Numbered from the stretch's first letter, positions 19,401 through 28,945 are shown. The stretch is DNA of 64,000 nucleotides from an uncultured virus (IMG/VR IMGVR_UViG_2576861110_000002) (IMGVR_UViG_2576861110_000002:1-64000); one strand, 5' to 3'. Notes: generated by a model not told the origin, from the letters alone. Program-made: numbers and translations.

Positions 19401-19548
19401 ATTCCTAACAAAAATAATGAATTGGAACTAGGGTCCTTTTATATAAATACAACGGTCAATAATTCTGGAACTAAGTGTTTTAAGGATTATGTCATGCAAG
19501 AAGAGTTTCAAGTTTATGTAAATCTTACTTGCTTGATTTGAGGTCGTT

Positions 19549-20247
19549 ATGATTAAAAAAAGTAACCGCCGTCAGTGGAGTGAATTTTTCTCTAATAATA
19601 AAAGACAGGAACTCTTTAAGGATTTCAGTGTTTCATTAGATAATGACAAAGTTAAAAAGCAAAAAACTAGCTCATGTAAACATGTGTTTTTCCCATGCCG
19701 TGTAGAAAAAGAAAATGAGGGTGAAAACGGTGAAAATACTATATATAGGGGAAGCACAGGCGGTGTTATCATTTCTGGTAAGCAATACATCACAATCAAA
19801 TTGCCTTATGGATTAAGCGCTAACGAGATATGGCGGGCTACAATTGATCAGAACGGAAAGCAAAGAAACAGTCTTTCAGTAGGTGCTAAAAAATATAAAG
19901 ACAAGGTTCAAAAGCAATATGGACCTATGTTTAGGGCACTTAAGTTAAAAGCTATCGATCAACTTTGTGAAATACGATTAATTGTTCAGCCACCACTTAA
20001 AACTCGGTCTTACAGTGCAAAGACTTATCCACGATTTGATATTGATAACTATCCAAAACTACTAATTGATAGTGTCAAAGGTGATGGCTTGTTATTCAAA
20101 GACGACAATATTTTCATAAGTGAACAAATCAAGCTGGCAGAACCATGTGAAAAGGGTTGTGTCTGGCTTTCCTGTGTTTTTACTGAAGAAACTGATTGGT
20201 TGTCAAAAACTGTAGATTTTGATTGGTTAGCTGGGAGAAGCATTTAA
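19549..20247 (+). CDS. rusA: RusA-family Holliday junction resolvase
   Basis: LPYGLSANEIWR, FDIDNYPKLLIDSV and FKDDN motifs. Confidence 0.82.
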   Translation: MIKKSNRRQWSEFFSNNKRQELFKDFSVSLDNDKVKKQKTSSCKHVFFPCRVEKENEGENGENTIYRGSTGGVIISGKQYITIKLPYGLSANEIWRATIDQNGKQRNSLSVGAKKYKDKVQKQYGPMFRALKLKAIDQLCEIRLIVQPPLKTRSYSAKTYPRFDIDNYPKLLIDSVKGDGLLFKDDNIFISEQIKLAEPCEKGCVWLSCVFTEETDWLSKTVDFDWLAGRSI

Positions 20248-20934
20248 ATGGCGAAAAAGAGCGATTTGCAACGTCGAGTACTTATTGGAAGAAAACTTGC
20301 AATGGCGCGTGATATGGCTCAATTACGTCAAGAAGACGTAGCTTTAGAGATATTCGGTACACCACATAAAAACCGAATGAGTGAAATCGAAAATGGTAAG
20401 TTAATGCCAGATGCAGAATTACTTTCGGTGCTATGTCAAAAATACGGTGTTTCAGCCGACTGGGTTCTTGGTTTTACTATTGAGCCAGAACTAGACAAAA
20501 CAGCTTCTGTAGCTGGTATTCTGTTTAACAGTCTAGGTGAAATGATGAGTGAATACACTCAAGCCATGGCATTTCAATTAAGTATGGCTGCAGCACAGCA
20601 TATTGCATCTTTCCCGAAAGCCTTAACTGTAGAGCTGCTTGAAGCATCAAAGGGGCTGATTCAAGCTTGTTTATCGCAAGACCAGTCTATTCAAGAAAAG
20701 GTTTTACCTGAACTTCACACTCTTATGCGTATTGTTCGTGAGTGTGAACAGAATCGTGCAAAACAAATCCGTAATTTAGAGATGGCTATTGATGATGTTT
20801 TCCAGCGTGAAGAGAATGATTTACAGCAAAAAGCTTTAATTGATCTTATCCAAAATAAAAAACGTTTTAGCAAGGCTTCTTTACAGCAGCAAGCTTTAGA
20901 TGAAGTGAAACAAATAGGTCTATTTGCTGAATAA
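20248..20934 (+). CDS. XRE-family HTH transcriptional regulator with helical C-terminal domain
   Basis: IGRKLAMARDMAQLRQEDVA...MSEIENGK...GVSADWVLG. Confidence 0.8.
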   Translation: MAKKSDLQRRVLIGRKLAMARDMAQLRQEDVALEIFGTPHKNRMSEIENGKLMPDAELLSVLCQKYGVSADWVLGFTIEPELDKTASVAGILFNSLGEMMSEYTQAMAFQLSMAAAQHIASFPKALTVELLEASKGLIQACLSQDQSIQEKVLPELHTLMRIVRECEQNRAKQIRNLEMAIDDVFQREENDLQQKALIDLIQNKKRFSKASLQQQALDEVKQIGLFAE

Positions 20935-20947
20935 GGGATAGACTTTA

Positions 20948-21787
20948 ATGGCTCGCAAGATTGAATACTCGGAAGAAATTTGGAACCGGCTAAAAGAAGT
21001 CTATGAATCTTCACCTAAGATTACATGGCAAGCTTTAGTTGATCAGGTTGGCGAAGAACTCGGTTGTGAGATGCCTTCGCCATCCGTTGTACGCCGTAAA
21101 GCACTTGCTGAGAAATGGAAAAAGAAAGCTAAATCTTTAGTCAAAAAGACAGCCCAAGAGCTCAATAAAGAGATTAAAAAATTGACCAAAAAAAATAATG
21201 GTCAAGAAGATACACAAAATACTGATAAATCAGAAAAAAGTGATAGTCAAAATTCCGTCAAAAAAACGTCAAATATTGCTGAATTTAATAGTCAAAACTC
21301 TAAAAATAATGGTAATAACAACGGCGGGCGTTCTACAGTCAACGAGAACTATCTAAAGTCAGCTCTTGTTGTCAAAAATAACCGTATACGAGCTCATAAG
21401 CTGGGTGAGTTAATTACAGATACTATCGATAGTGTTATTCATATTAGAGATGAAGTCCTTAATCTGAATAATCCTACTGAAGATGAATTAGCGCTGGTTA
21501 AGTTTAAAATGGGCTTGATTAGTCAAGTGGTTGATTTGAACGTTAAACAAAGTATCAGCATTTCTAACATTGCTCGAACTGAGGCAATGTTCTGGGGCTT
21601 AGATGTAGATGATCTTAAAGACCAATCGGAAGTTCAAGCACGGCGTAGTTCAGTTATTTCAGGTGCTGAAGAAAGAATGGCAATTGCAAAAGCTAATATG
21701 AAAAAGAAAAAAGAAGAGGCGTTTATGCGTAAGTTAGCGTTAATTGAAGCTGGTGAAGTGGAGCCTGAAGATAGTAGTAATGAATAG
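20948..21787 (+). CDS. HTH/coiled-coil protein, possible terminase small subunit
   Basis: N-terminal WNRLKEVYES...VRRKALAEKW resembles TerS HTH; no other clear TerS candidate in the window. Confidence 0.4.
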   Translation: MARKIEYSEEIWNRLKEVYESSPKITWQALVDQVGEELGCEMPSPSVVRRKALAEKWKKKAKSLVKKTAQELNKEIKKLTKKNNGQEDTQNTDKSEKSDSQNSVKKTSNIAEFNSQNSKNNGNNNGGRSTVNENYLKSALVVKNNRIRAHKLGELITDTIDSVIHIRDEVLNLNNPTEDELALVKFKMGLISQVVDLNVKQSISISNIARTEAMFWGLDVDDLKDQSEVQARRSSVISGAEERMAIAKANMKKKKEEAFMRKLALIEAGEVEPEDSSNE

Positions 21788-21865
21788 TTTGTAATTTTAA
21801 AGGTTTTTTTTGAGGTTATTATCACGTGCTTACTATAATGTAGAGAACACTAACAATTTAGGAGA

Positions 21866-22138
21866 ATGTTCACTATGTCATCTAGTATTACCGCTGCTGA
21901 AGCTGCAAAAATTGCGGAGCAAAGCAATCCAACCGTTCTTGATATTATTAATATTCTCAGTAATGCAATTAAAGCTGACTCGTGTTTTGGAAAACGGTTT
22001 TCCAGTTGGAGTTTTGACAAAAGTGCCGTGAGTTTAGAGTATTTAGAAGAGGCAAAAATTCATTTCTCAAAATTAGGTTATGTAGTAGAAATTATTACTG
22101 ATAGCCCTGTAAGTAACACTTTTAAAGTTAACTTTTAA
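21866..22138 (+). CDS. Hypothetical protein
   Basis: SD AGGAG, upstream TATAAT at ~21834. Confidence 0.65.
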   Translation: MFTMSSSITAAEAAKIAEQSNPTVLDIINILSNAIKADSCFGKRFSSWSFDKSAVSLEYLEEAKIHFSKLGYVVEIITDSPVSNTFKVNF

Positions 22139-22212
22139 GTCTAGGAACTCATCATAAATTCATAGTTAGTAAGTTGCAAAAATGCTCTATATCAGTATGG
22201 GGCATTTTTGTT

Positions 22213-24501
22213 ATGGCAAATTCAAATCACAATGATACAGTTTTATCCTATGACGAGCTCGGCTTTATCATTGGAATGAAACGAGTTGAAAAAAAAGTTA
22301 GTACGATTGATTCAAACATTGAAAAGATCATTGGTATCCTTACTCAAAGCTTTGAAGAGCAAAAAGCACAATTTGCACAGCCTCAGCCTAAACTGACTGA
22401 ATTTCAAAAGATGCTTAATGCTGTCAATAATAGACAAGCTTTAGATTTTGAAGATTTATTAAAAGACAAAGCTAATCCAATCACTCAATCTTTTGTTGTA
22501 GCAGACAAGCTGGTCAAAGACTTTGCTGATGTTTTGGACCAATCAATTAATGACCTTAAAACAGTAGATAAAAAACAAATCAACAAATCTAATGGGCGAA
22601 AGCCCGCTATAGAAATTAATAGTCATGATGACTTATCAAAAATTGTAAATCCTAGTGTACCAGAGCGTGACGAAAAAGGCCGTTTTGTATCAAACCCTAA
22701 TGAACCCCAAAACCAATCATCAATTCGTAAAGTTGCCCAAACGATATCTACGGCGATTAAAGGAGTAATGCCGAACTCAACACAAGGTGTAGATCCTACA
22801 GTTGACGCAATCAATGAAGTTGGTCATTTACTTTCACCTGTACGCCGTGCAGCAGGATTAGCTTTGCGGCCATTAACTGGATTGATGCGTAGTAAAAAGA
22901 GAAATGAGCCATTACCTCGTGAACAAGAGAACCATAACCGCAAACAAATAAAGTTATTGCAGCGTATTGCCGATAATTTGGCGTCTAAGGGTGGTTTGTT
23001 AGGTTCTCTAGGGAAATTGCTTACTTCCGTGTTATCTGCTGGTGGTGGGCTTCTAGGTGGTGCTCTAGGCAAAGGAAAGAAAGGTGTAGGGAAATTAGGA
23101 AAGGGCTTAGGTAAATTTCTTAAGTTTGGCCGTGGTCTACCCGTAATAGGTGCATTGGCTGCTGGTGCATCATTATTAGATTGGAATGAACAAAGCACAC
23201 AAGAAAAAGGCGGTACTGTTGGTAGTCTTGCGGGTGGAGTAATTGGTGGTACTGTCGGGTCTTTATTTGGTCCAGTTGGAACATTAATTGGTGGTATGGC
23301 TGGTTCTTGGATTGGGAATAAGCTAGGTACCGTAGTTGCGCCGTATTTTAAAGAGTGGACAGATTCATTAATTGCTGCAGATGTACCAGGTATTATTAAT
23401 ACTGCTTGGAAAGGGTTTGTTAACTATGCAACCAATGCTTTTGAACTGACAAAAGGTACAGCATCAAAAGTTGTAGACGGTGTTAAAGATACTGCTAGTG
23501 ATACCTTAGATTTCATTAAGGATAAATTTAATCGCTTTAATCCATTTCATGACGGCGTTCCCACATGGGGCATTGGGCAAGGAGTTTATAAGCCGGGTTT
23601 TGGAGCAAATAAAAATGTACCTGCTTATGGATCAACTATTTCTCCAATTGGTGAAAAAACTAAGGAAAAGCAACTTGCAGTTTACAATGCTATGAAGAAA
23701 GCAGGTTTTAATGATAATTGGGCTGCTGGTTTAACTGCTTCCGTTGGTCGAGAAAATGATTATCGAGATGAATACTTGTTTGGTAAACATCAAGATAAAG
23801 CTGGTGGAATAAATATGGGAATGATTTCTTGGCAAGGAGCTCGTAAAGACCGGCTTACGGCATATATGAAGGAAAGGGGATTACTTGATGCAAACGGTAA
23901 TATGGTACGGAGCCAAGCAGCTTTAGATGCACAAGGTGCATTTATGAAGCATGAAATCGAAACGAATCCAGAATATGCTTCAGTTAAAGCTTATATGCAG
24001 AAAAACCCAAATGCATCAAAAGAAGATATTGCCCGAGTTCTCGGCACAAAATATGTAAGATGGGCGTATGGGCAAACAAAGCTTCGCAATGGGAAGTCAT
24101 TTGATTATAGACCGCATTTAGAAAAGGAATATAAATACAGAGCTAACATTGATAAAACCGTTCAGGAACAGAAAACTAATCTACCTAAAGAAAATACCCC
24201 AACTGTATCAGATTTGAAATCAAGTCATATTGTGGAAAATACAAGAGCTAAAGTTGCTAGTGTTTTAAGCACCCAAAAAGCTATCGTTCCCCAAGCTACT
24301 ACAAAAGCAAAACCTTCATTAAATAATCAAAATAGATTATTAACTAATGTCACGCCGTTTAAGCAACCTTTAAATACTCCTAACCCACAGGAAGTCGTTG
24401 TTGTTAATGGTAATAATGGTAATATCAGTCAGAATGTAAATGATAGATTCCTAGCACATGCTTTAACTGGTGGGATAGGAATGGGAAACTTAGAAGGTTA
24501 G
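22213..24501 (+). CDS. Tape-measure/injection protein with phage tail lysozyme domain (P1 Sit-like role)
   Basis: Gly-rich hydrophobic segments; AAGLTASVGREN...GMISWQGARKDRL lysozyme-like motif; ATG 22213 preferred over TTG 22174. Confidence 0.75.
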   Translation: MANSNHNDTVLSYDELGFIIGMKRVEKKVSTIDSNIEKIIGILTQSFEEQKAQFAQPQPKLTEFQKMLNAVNNRQALDFEDLLKDKANPITQSFVVADKLVKDFADVLDQSINDLKTVDKKQINKSNGRKPAIEINSHDDLSKIVNPSVPERDEKGRFVSNPNEPQNQSSIRKVAQTISTAIKGVMPNSTQGVDPTVDAINEVGHLLSPVRRAAGLALRPLTGLMRSKKRNEPLPREQENHNRKQIKLLQRIADNLASKGGLLGSLGKLLTSVLSAGGGLLGGALGKGKKGVGKLGKGLGKFLKFGRGLPVIGALAAGASLLDWNEQSTQEKGGTVGSLAGGVIGGTVGSLFGPVGTLIGGMAGSWIGNKLGTVVAPYFKEWTDSLIAADVPGIINTAWKGFVNYATNAFELTKGTASKVVDGVKDTASDTLDFIKDKFNRFNPFHDGVPTWGIGQGVYKPGFGANKNVPAYGSTISPIGEKTKEKQLAVYNAMKKAGFNDNWAAGLTASVGRENDYRDEYLFGKHQDKAGGINMGMISWQGARKDRLTAYMKERGLLDANGNMVRSQAALDAQGAFMKHEIETNPEYASVKAYMQKNPNASKEDIARVLGTKYVRWAYGQTKLRNGKSFDYRPHLEKEYKYRANIDKTVQEQKTNLPKENTPTVSDLKSSHIVENTRAKVASVLSTQKAIVPQATTKAKPSLNNQNRLLTNVTPFKQPLNTPNPQEVVVVNGNNGNISQNVNDRFLAHALTGGIGMGNLEG

Positions 24502-24508
24502 TTTATTA

Positions 24509-25330
24509 ATGACTCTTAGAGCTTTAAATTTAACGGTATTAATTACTATGCTTGCATTAGCTGGTTGTAATAAAAATAATGAGCAACCAGCTGAAGGAGC
24601 TAACTCAGCAATGCAAGAGCCCGTTAAAGCGGAAGCAATTTACGATTTTACATCTTTAAATGAATCTGATTTTTTGAATCAAAGTATTTTAATAAATGAC
24701 GACAAAACCTATAGAGGAATTAGATTTCATGATTATGATGTAGGTACAAAATTAATAGGTGCAGCGAGTATCGAATCAATTCAGAAGGTTGATAATCATA
24801 CTTTGGCTTTGGCATCCTCAAGGCCATTAATAAATCAAAAAGCTGGTTTATATGGGGTACTGGCAAATAAAGCTAATTTTGATGGTAATTTAGTTGTTTT
24901 AGTTTTTGATCCAAATGTACAAGCAAGGGTTATAGAAGGCGACATAATTGCATTTAAGGGCACTGTTGCGCCGTCAGACGTTTTTACTTATACAAACCCA
25001 AAAACTAACCAAATTGAAGAGTTACCAATTATATATGTTCATTTTTATCAAGCTGGCGAACTATCAATACAAGGTATTAACGATTATTTAAAAAAACAAT
25101 TTTCTGAAATTCCTAAAATCATTCAAGACAAAATTCTCCAATATGAAAAGCTCAATGATTCATGCCGTGGTGGGTCGGGTGATGACCCAAAAACTATTGA
25201 AAGTTGTGAAGCTAGAGATACTTTATATGTGGAAATTAAAAATGGTGGATGGTGTTTTGGCTCAGAAAACGAGAATGCGGTGGGATCGGAAATAAATTGG
25301 TTACCCTGTAAACTGAATAAATATCATTAA
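24509..25330 (+). CDS. Lipoprotein of unknown function
   Basis: Signal peptide ending in lipobox LALAGC. Confidence 0.8.
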   Translation: MTLRALNLTVLITMLALAGCNKNNEQPAEGANSAMQEPVKAEAIYDFTSLNESDFLNQSILINDDKTYRGIRFHDYDVGTKLIGAASIESIQKVDNHTLALASSRPLINQKAGLYGVLANKANFDGNLVVLVFDPNVQARVIEGDIIAFKGTVAPSDVFTYTNPKTNQIEELPIIYVHFYQAGELSIQGINDYLKKQFSEIPKIIQDKILQYEKLNDSCRGGSGDDPKTIESCEARDTLYVEIKNGGWCFGSENENAVGSEINWLPCKLNKYH

Positions 25331-25568
25331 ATTATAGATAGATATGGGATTGAGAAATACAGTCCCATTTTTATTGAGAGTAAATAAACTATAGAGTTAT
25401 AACTCTGTAAATTCTTGAAATAAGAGATAGAGGGTTATTTATTTAAATAATAAAATTTCAGTCAACTAAAAAAAATTAGTAATCTAAATGGATACGAGTA
25501 TGTTGACTTTATAAATATAATATTTATGATTAAAAAAAGGCATCTCGGTTCTTTAAAAATAAGAACAA

Positions 25569-26522
25569 ATGGAGTTATTGATGAAAAATTACACTGTTCT
25601 CGTTAAAGTTACTGAATCTAAATCACTTTTTAGAAAAAATGTGTATGAAGCAACTTTATTTGAACACCCAAAAGTCACAATAACAGGATCAAGCTATGAG
25701 GAAGCCGTAAGTAAGATTCAAGAAAAAATCATGGAGTATTTTGATTTCTTGAGTGATCGCGGTGAAGATATTCCTGAACCGGCTGAAATGACAGCGGTCA
25801 TGTTTAAAAATCGTGACAAAGATGTGTTTTTTCACGTTGTAAGTATTGATACATCTGTTTATAGCGAAAAAACAGAAAAAATTAATGTAACAATGCCGAT
25901 CTCTTTAACAAGAAAAATTGACGATTTTTTAAAAGATAAAGTTCATAATTCAAATCTTTTTTCATCAAGATCTGATTTCATTACTAAAGCATGTAAACAG
26001 TACTTACCATATGCTCAAAATTTAGCTGCAATTTTTAATAATGAGAAAAGTTTTTCTGCTTTGAGGTACAAAGAGAGTAATACAACTGATAATTGTTGTA
26101 ACCTTTTACAGTATCTAAATAATTCTTACGGTGAAGAAGTTATTCTCTTTGCAACGCATCGTACACCAAGCCACGGTTATAGTCATGACGATGGACCCGA
26201 GACAAATTTGCCGCTATTAGGGGCGATAGTAAAACTTAATTTACCTGCTTTACGTGACACATATATTATTTTCGATGGATTATTCTTAACTGCACAAAGA
26301 AAGCCTAGATATAATGAGGTAAAAGAAGTTCTCGATACTGCTGTATTAACAAATAAAACAAGTTTTATTCGACATGCTGTCCCATTTACATCTCAATTAG
26401 ACCCTGCCGAGGCTATAAGTCTGTTAGGAGAGTTTCCGCGTAATAAATTAACAGAAGATTCGAGACCGGAATTTTTCAATTTATTGAGTAATATTTCAGA
26501 AGCGCAATATCAAAATTATTAA
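25569..26522 (+). CDS. HicB-family antitoxin domain + RHH fused to an unknown ~170-aa C-terminal domain
   Basis: TITGSSYEEAVSKIQE...DRGEDIPEP (HicB) and EKINVTMPISLTRKID...SRSDFITKA (RHH). Confidence 0.75.
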   Translation: MELLMKNYTVLVKVTESKSLFRKNVYEATLFEHPKVTITGSSYEEAVSKIQEKIMEYFDFLSDRGEDIPEPAEMTAVMFKNRDKDVFFHVVSIDTSVYSEKTEKINVTMPISLTRKIDDFLKDKVHNSNLFSSRSDFITKACKQYLPYAQNLAAIFNNEKSFSALRYKESNTTDNCCNLLQYLNNSYGEEVILFATHRTPSHGYSHDDGPETNLPLLGAIVKLNLPALRDTYIIFDGLFLTAQRKPRYNEVKEVLDTAVLTNKTSFIRHAVPFTSQLDPAEAISLLGEFPRNKLTEDSRPEFFNLLSNISEAQYQNY

Positions 26523-26584
26523 TCAAAAAAAAGCCTCGCTCCCTGGAAAGAATACGAGGCTTGTCATCACTTAGGAGTAACAAC

Positions 26585-26881
26585 ATGAGTACTTTAACAC
26601 AATTTAATAGGCCTTTGGAAAACCCTATTATTGAATCAATTGATAAACAGTTCTTTGACTTATTAGGTGGTGAAGAACCCCATGGACGCCAATGTTATTG
26701 GGTGGTAATTGAAAACGGAGAGGCGGGAGTTCAGCAATTACCTGCACATTTTGCTCCAACAAATGTTGTACAACTTTCAGATGCTTTCAATTCACTACGT
26801 GAAGTTTTTGTTGCAGGAGAAATTTTGGAGCATGCAAGAGCTTTGAAAAAAATTCCATTTAAAATGAAGAAGAATAGTTAA
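26585..26881 (+). CDS. Hypothetical protein
   Basis: SD AGGAG before ATG 26585; followed by a terminator at ~26930-26957. Confidence 0.6.
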   Translation: MSTLTQFNRPLENPIIESIDKQFFDLLGGEEPHGRQCYWVVIENGEAGVQQLPAHFAPTNVVQLSDAFNSLREVFVAGEILEHARALKKIPFKMKKNS

Positions 26882-27079
26882 TAAGGGAATATTACTTTAA
26901 TAGTTTCTAAAATGAACCTCCCTTAATTTAAAAGCCAGCAATTAAGCTGGCTTTTTTAAATTTAATGACAAATATAAAATTCTTAATTTAATTGATATTT
27001 CCAATGTAATTGATCATATAGTTCTTGAAAAATATTATTCATAAATGCATAATTCGCGCGCGTTTTAAGGATTATGTTA

Positions 27080-27787
27080 ATGACAACAACAGCTTATGAT
27101 ACTCATTTCATGGCTTCCGACATAGCCTTTACAGTAAATCGTACAGAAGTTACTCTAAATATTCCTTTTAGGAAAGTGAAACGTTTGGGCGATATTGTAT
27201 TTGGTATGGCTGGATGTTTATTTTGTATGAGAGATTTTAGCGAGGCCCTTATTGATTTTATCTTACAAAATAAAACACAATTTGAGCTTCCGATATCTAT
27301 ACTTGAAAAAACTAGCAGCGATTTTATTGCATTGATCTACTTAAGTGGTTCTTGCCTTAAAGTTTCAAAAATGGTAAACCACACAGAGTTTACAATAGAA
27401 AACATTACTAATGTTCCTACTGTAATCGGTTCTGGGAGTTTACATACTCAACATATTATTCAAGATTGCCCTAATGCGATAGCTGTTGTTCTAGAAGCTA
27501 TTAAATATGATCAATATACTGCAGGGGAAGTTAAATATTGCAGTATTAAACGAGAAGAAGTTCATAATTTGGAAGCGCCTATCATGTCTACAACTCTTAA
27601 TAATCAAATACAAATGTTGCAAACAGAGATTGCTGAAACAAATCAACTTGTTGGAAATGGCAATACTTATCACGCTAATACTGAAACATACCATCATGGT
27701 GAACCAGTCAAAATTTCTACTGAATTAGGTTTACAAATGTTTCAACACAGTTTAACGAACGTCCGAAATAAATTAACTACTAATTAA
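27080..27787 (+). CDS. Ntn-hydrolase, proteasome-beta/HslV-like threonine protease
   Basis: M-TTTAY N-terminus, MASD, RK, FGMAG, IGSG, D-QY-TAGEV; SD TAAGGA 8 nt before ATG 27080; promoter TTGAAA-17-CATAAT (27025-27053). Confidence 0.7.
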   Translation: MTTTAYDTHFMASDIAFTVNRTEVTLNIPFRKVKRLGDIVFGMAGCLFCMRDFSEALIDFILQNKTQFELPISILEKTSSDFIALIYLSGSCLKVSKMVNHTEFTIENITNVPTVIGSGSLHTQHIIQDCPNAIAVVLEAIKYDQYTAGEVKYCSIKREEVHNLEAPIMSTTLNNQIQMLQTEIAETNQLVGNGNTYHANTETYHHGEPVKISTELGLQMFQHSLTNVRNKLTTN

Positions 27788-27795
27788 TTTTAAGT

Positions 27796-27825
27796 AAAAA
27801 ACCTGCATATGCAGGTTTTTACTTT
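27796..27825 (+). terminator. Intrinsic terminator
   Basis: AAAAACCTGC-ATAT-GCAGGTTTTT. Confidence 0.8.
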
Positions 27826-27912
27826 TAAAGGTTATGAAAATTAATGGAACTTACTTAATTCTCAGAATAAATTTACTTAGAAGATAACCTCATTGATATG
27901 AGGTTATTTTTC

Positions 27913-28854
27913 ATGGGCAGTCTTAATCTTGCAGCTATAACAGCTACTTCTCCATACATTAAAAAGATCCAATCGGCATTAGAAAAAGCAACAGGCCAAA
28001 CGATTGTTACACCAGAATTTCGCAAAATTAAGCGCGTTGCTGGTGTTAGCGTTTTACCAGTTGCATTTTTCTTTTCTGGTGGCGCTACGCTTACACTTTA
28101 TATTCGTGCATTAGCGGATGTAGTGAAGGCCGAACTGAATGATAAAGTAATTGTTCTATCTGGCGATTTTAGTGATGACTATAAGCCAACATTTGAAAAC
28201 GCCGTAAGTTGTGTTGCTAAACTTATCCGTGAAGCACAATCTAAAATCCAAGAACAAAATAAGCGTGAAAAAGTTAGCTTACCGCCGCGCCGTACTTCTG
28301 TAGATCAGAAAATTAAAGAAGTCGAAGAACAAGAGCAAAAGCTTGATGAGGATTTAGCTAAGCAAATAGCTCACCGTGACCAGCTGAAAGAACAAATTGA
28401 ACATGCTAAGCAACAACTTGGTATAAGTTCGGAGGCTGGTCAATCCGAACTGGGAAAGCCTGAATTTGATAGTGCGAGTCCAATCAAATCAGTTACAGCA
28501 AATATCACACGTGGTAAAGCTGCAATGAACAAAGCCATTATGGAAAAAACCACAGTGCATAGAGCTATGTATCGTAATGATCTAGGCTGGGTGGATTTTG
28601 AGTATGGCAGTGATAAACAGGGCATTAAGCATATTATCAAGCGCCGTATGGAAAGTGATGGCATGACATATGATGAAGTTGTGCATATGCTTGTGGATAC
28701 TATTGTGCAAACAATCGCTCAAGGTAGTACACAACGGCGTACAGAACGTGGATTATCTACAAGAATAAATATTGTATTTAATTCGCATGAAGCGTCATTG
28801 ATTAAGCGAGAAGGTAGTAATGCATGGCTGCTTACAGCTTTTGAAGTGCATTAA
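27913..28854 (+). CDS. DarA-N/Hdf-like head-associated protein fused to a PBECR (barnase/ColE5/RelE-fold) nuclease-like domain
   Basis: N-terminal KIKRVAGVSVLPV.FFFSGG...DVVKAELNDK (DarA_N-like), coiled coil, C-terminal LGWVDFEYG..KQGIKHII...WLLTAFE (PBECR1-like). Confidence 0.65.
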   Translation: MGSLNLAAITATSPYIKKIQSALEKATGQTIVTPEFRKIKRVAGVSVLPVAFFFSGGATLTLYIRALADVVKAELNDKVIVLSGDFSDDYKPTFENAVSCVAKLIREAQSKIQEQNKREKVSLPPRRTSVDQKIKEVEEQEQKLDEDLAKQIAHRDQLKEQIEHAKQQLGISSEAGQSELGKPEFDSASPIKSVTANITRGKAAMNKAIMEKTTVHRAMYRNDLGWVDFEYGSDKQGIKHIIKRRMESDGMTYDEVVHMLVDTIVQTIAQGSTQRRTERGLSTRINIVFNSHEASLIKREGSNAWLLTAFEVH

Positions 28855-28945
28855 AAAAAGCCCGGTAGTTAGAGATGGGTTGCGACATCTTCTAACCTAC
28901 ACTTATGACCCTATACGTTCTCGTGTCATAAGTGGAGCGGGCTTT
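28853..28945 (-). ncRNA. Candidate structured ~93-nt RNA convergent on the DarA-N/PBECR gene
   Basis: Minus-strand TTGAAA(28980-28975)-17-TATTAT(28957-28952); closing stem AAAGCCCG/CGGGCTTT enclosing two hairpins; U7 tail. Confidence 0.55.

Noticed and set aside
19467..19471. Second GGAAC upstream of rusA
   Set aside because: The +29 hexamer (AAGAGT) fits the pattern, but the ATG is 82 nt away and the site lies inside the leader of the 19424 element; ambiguous, so not counted
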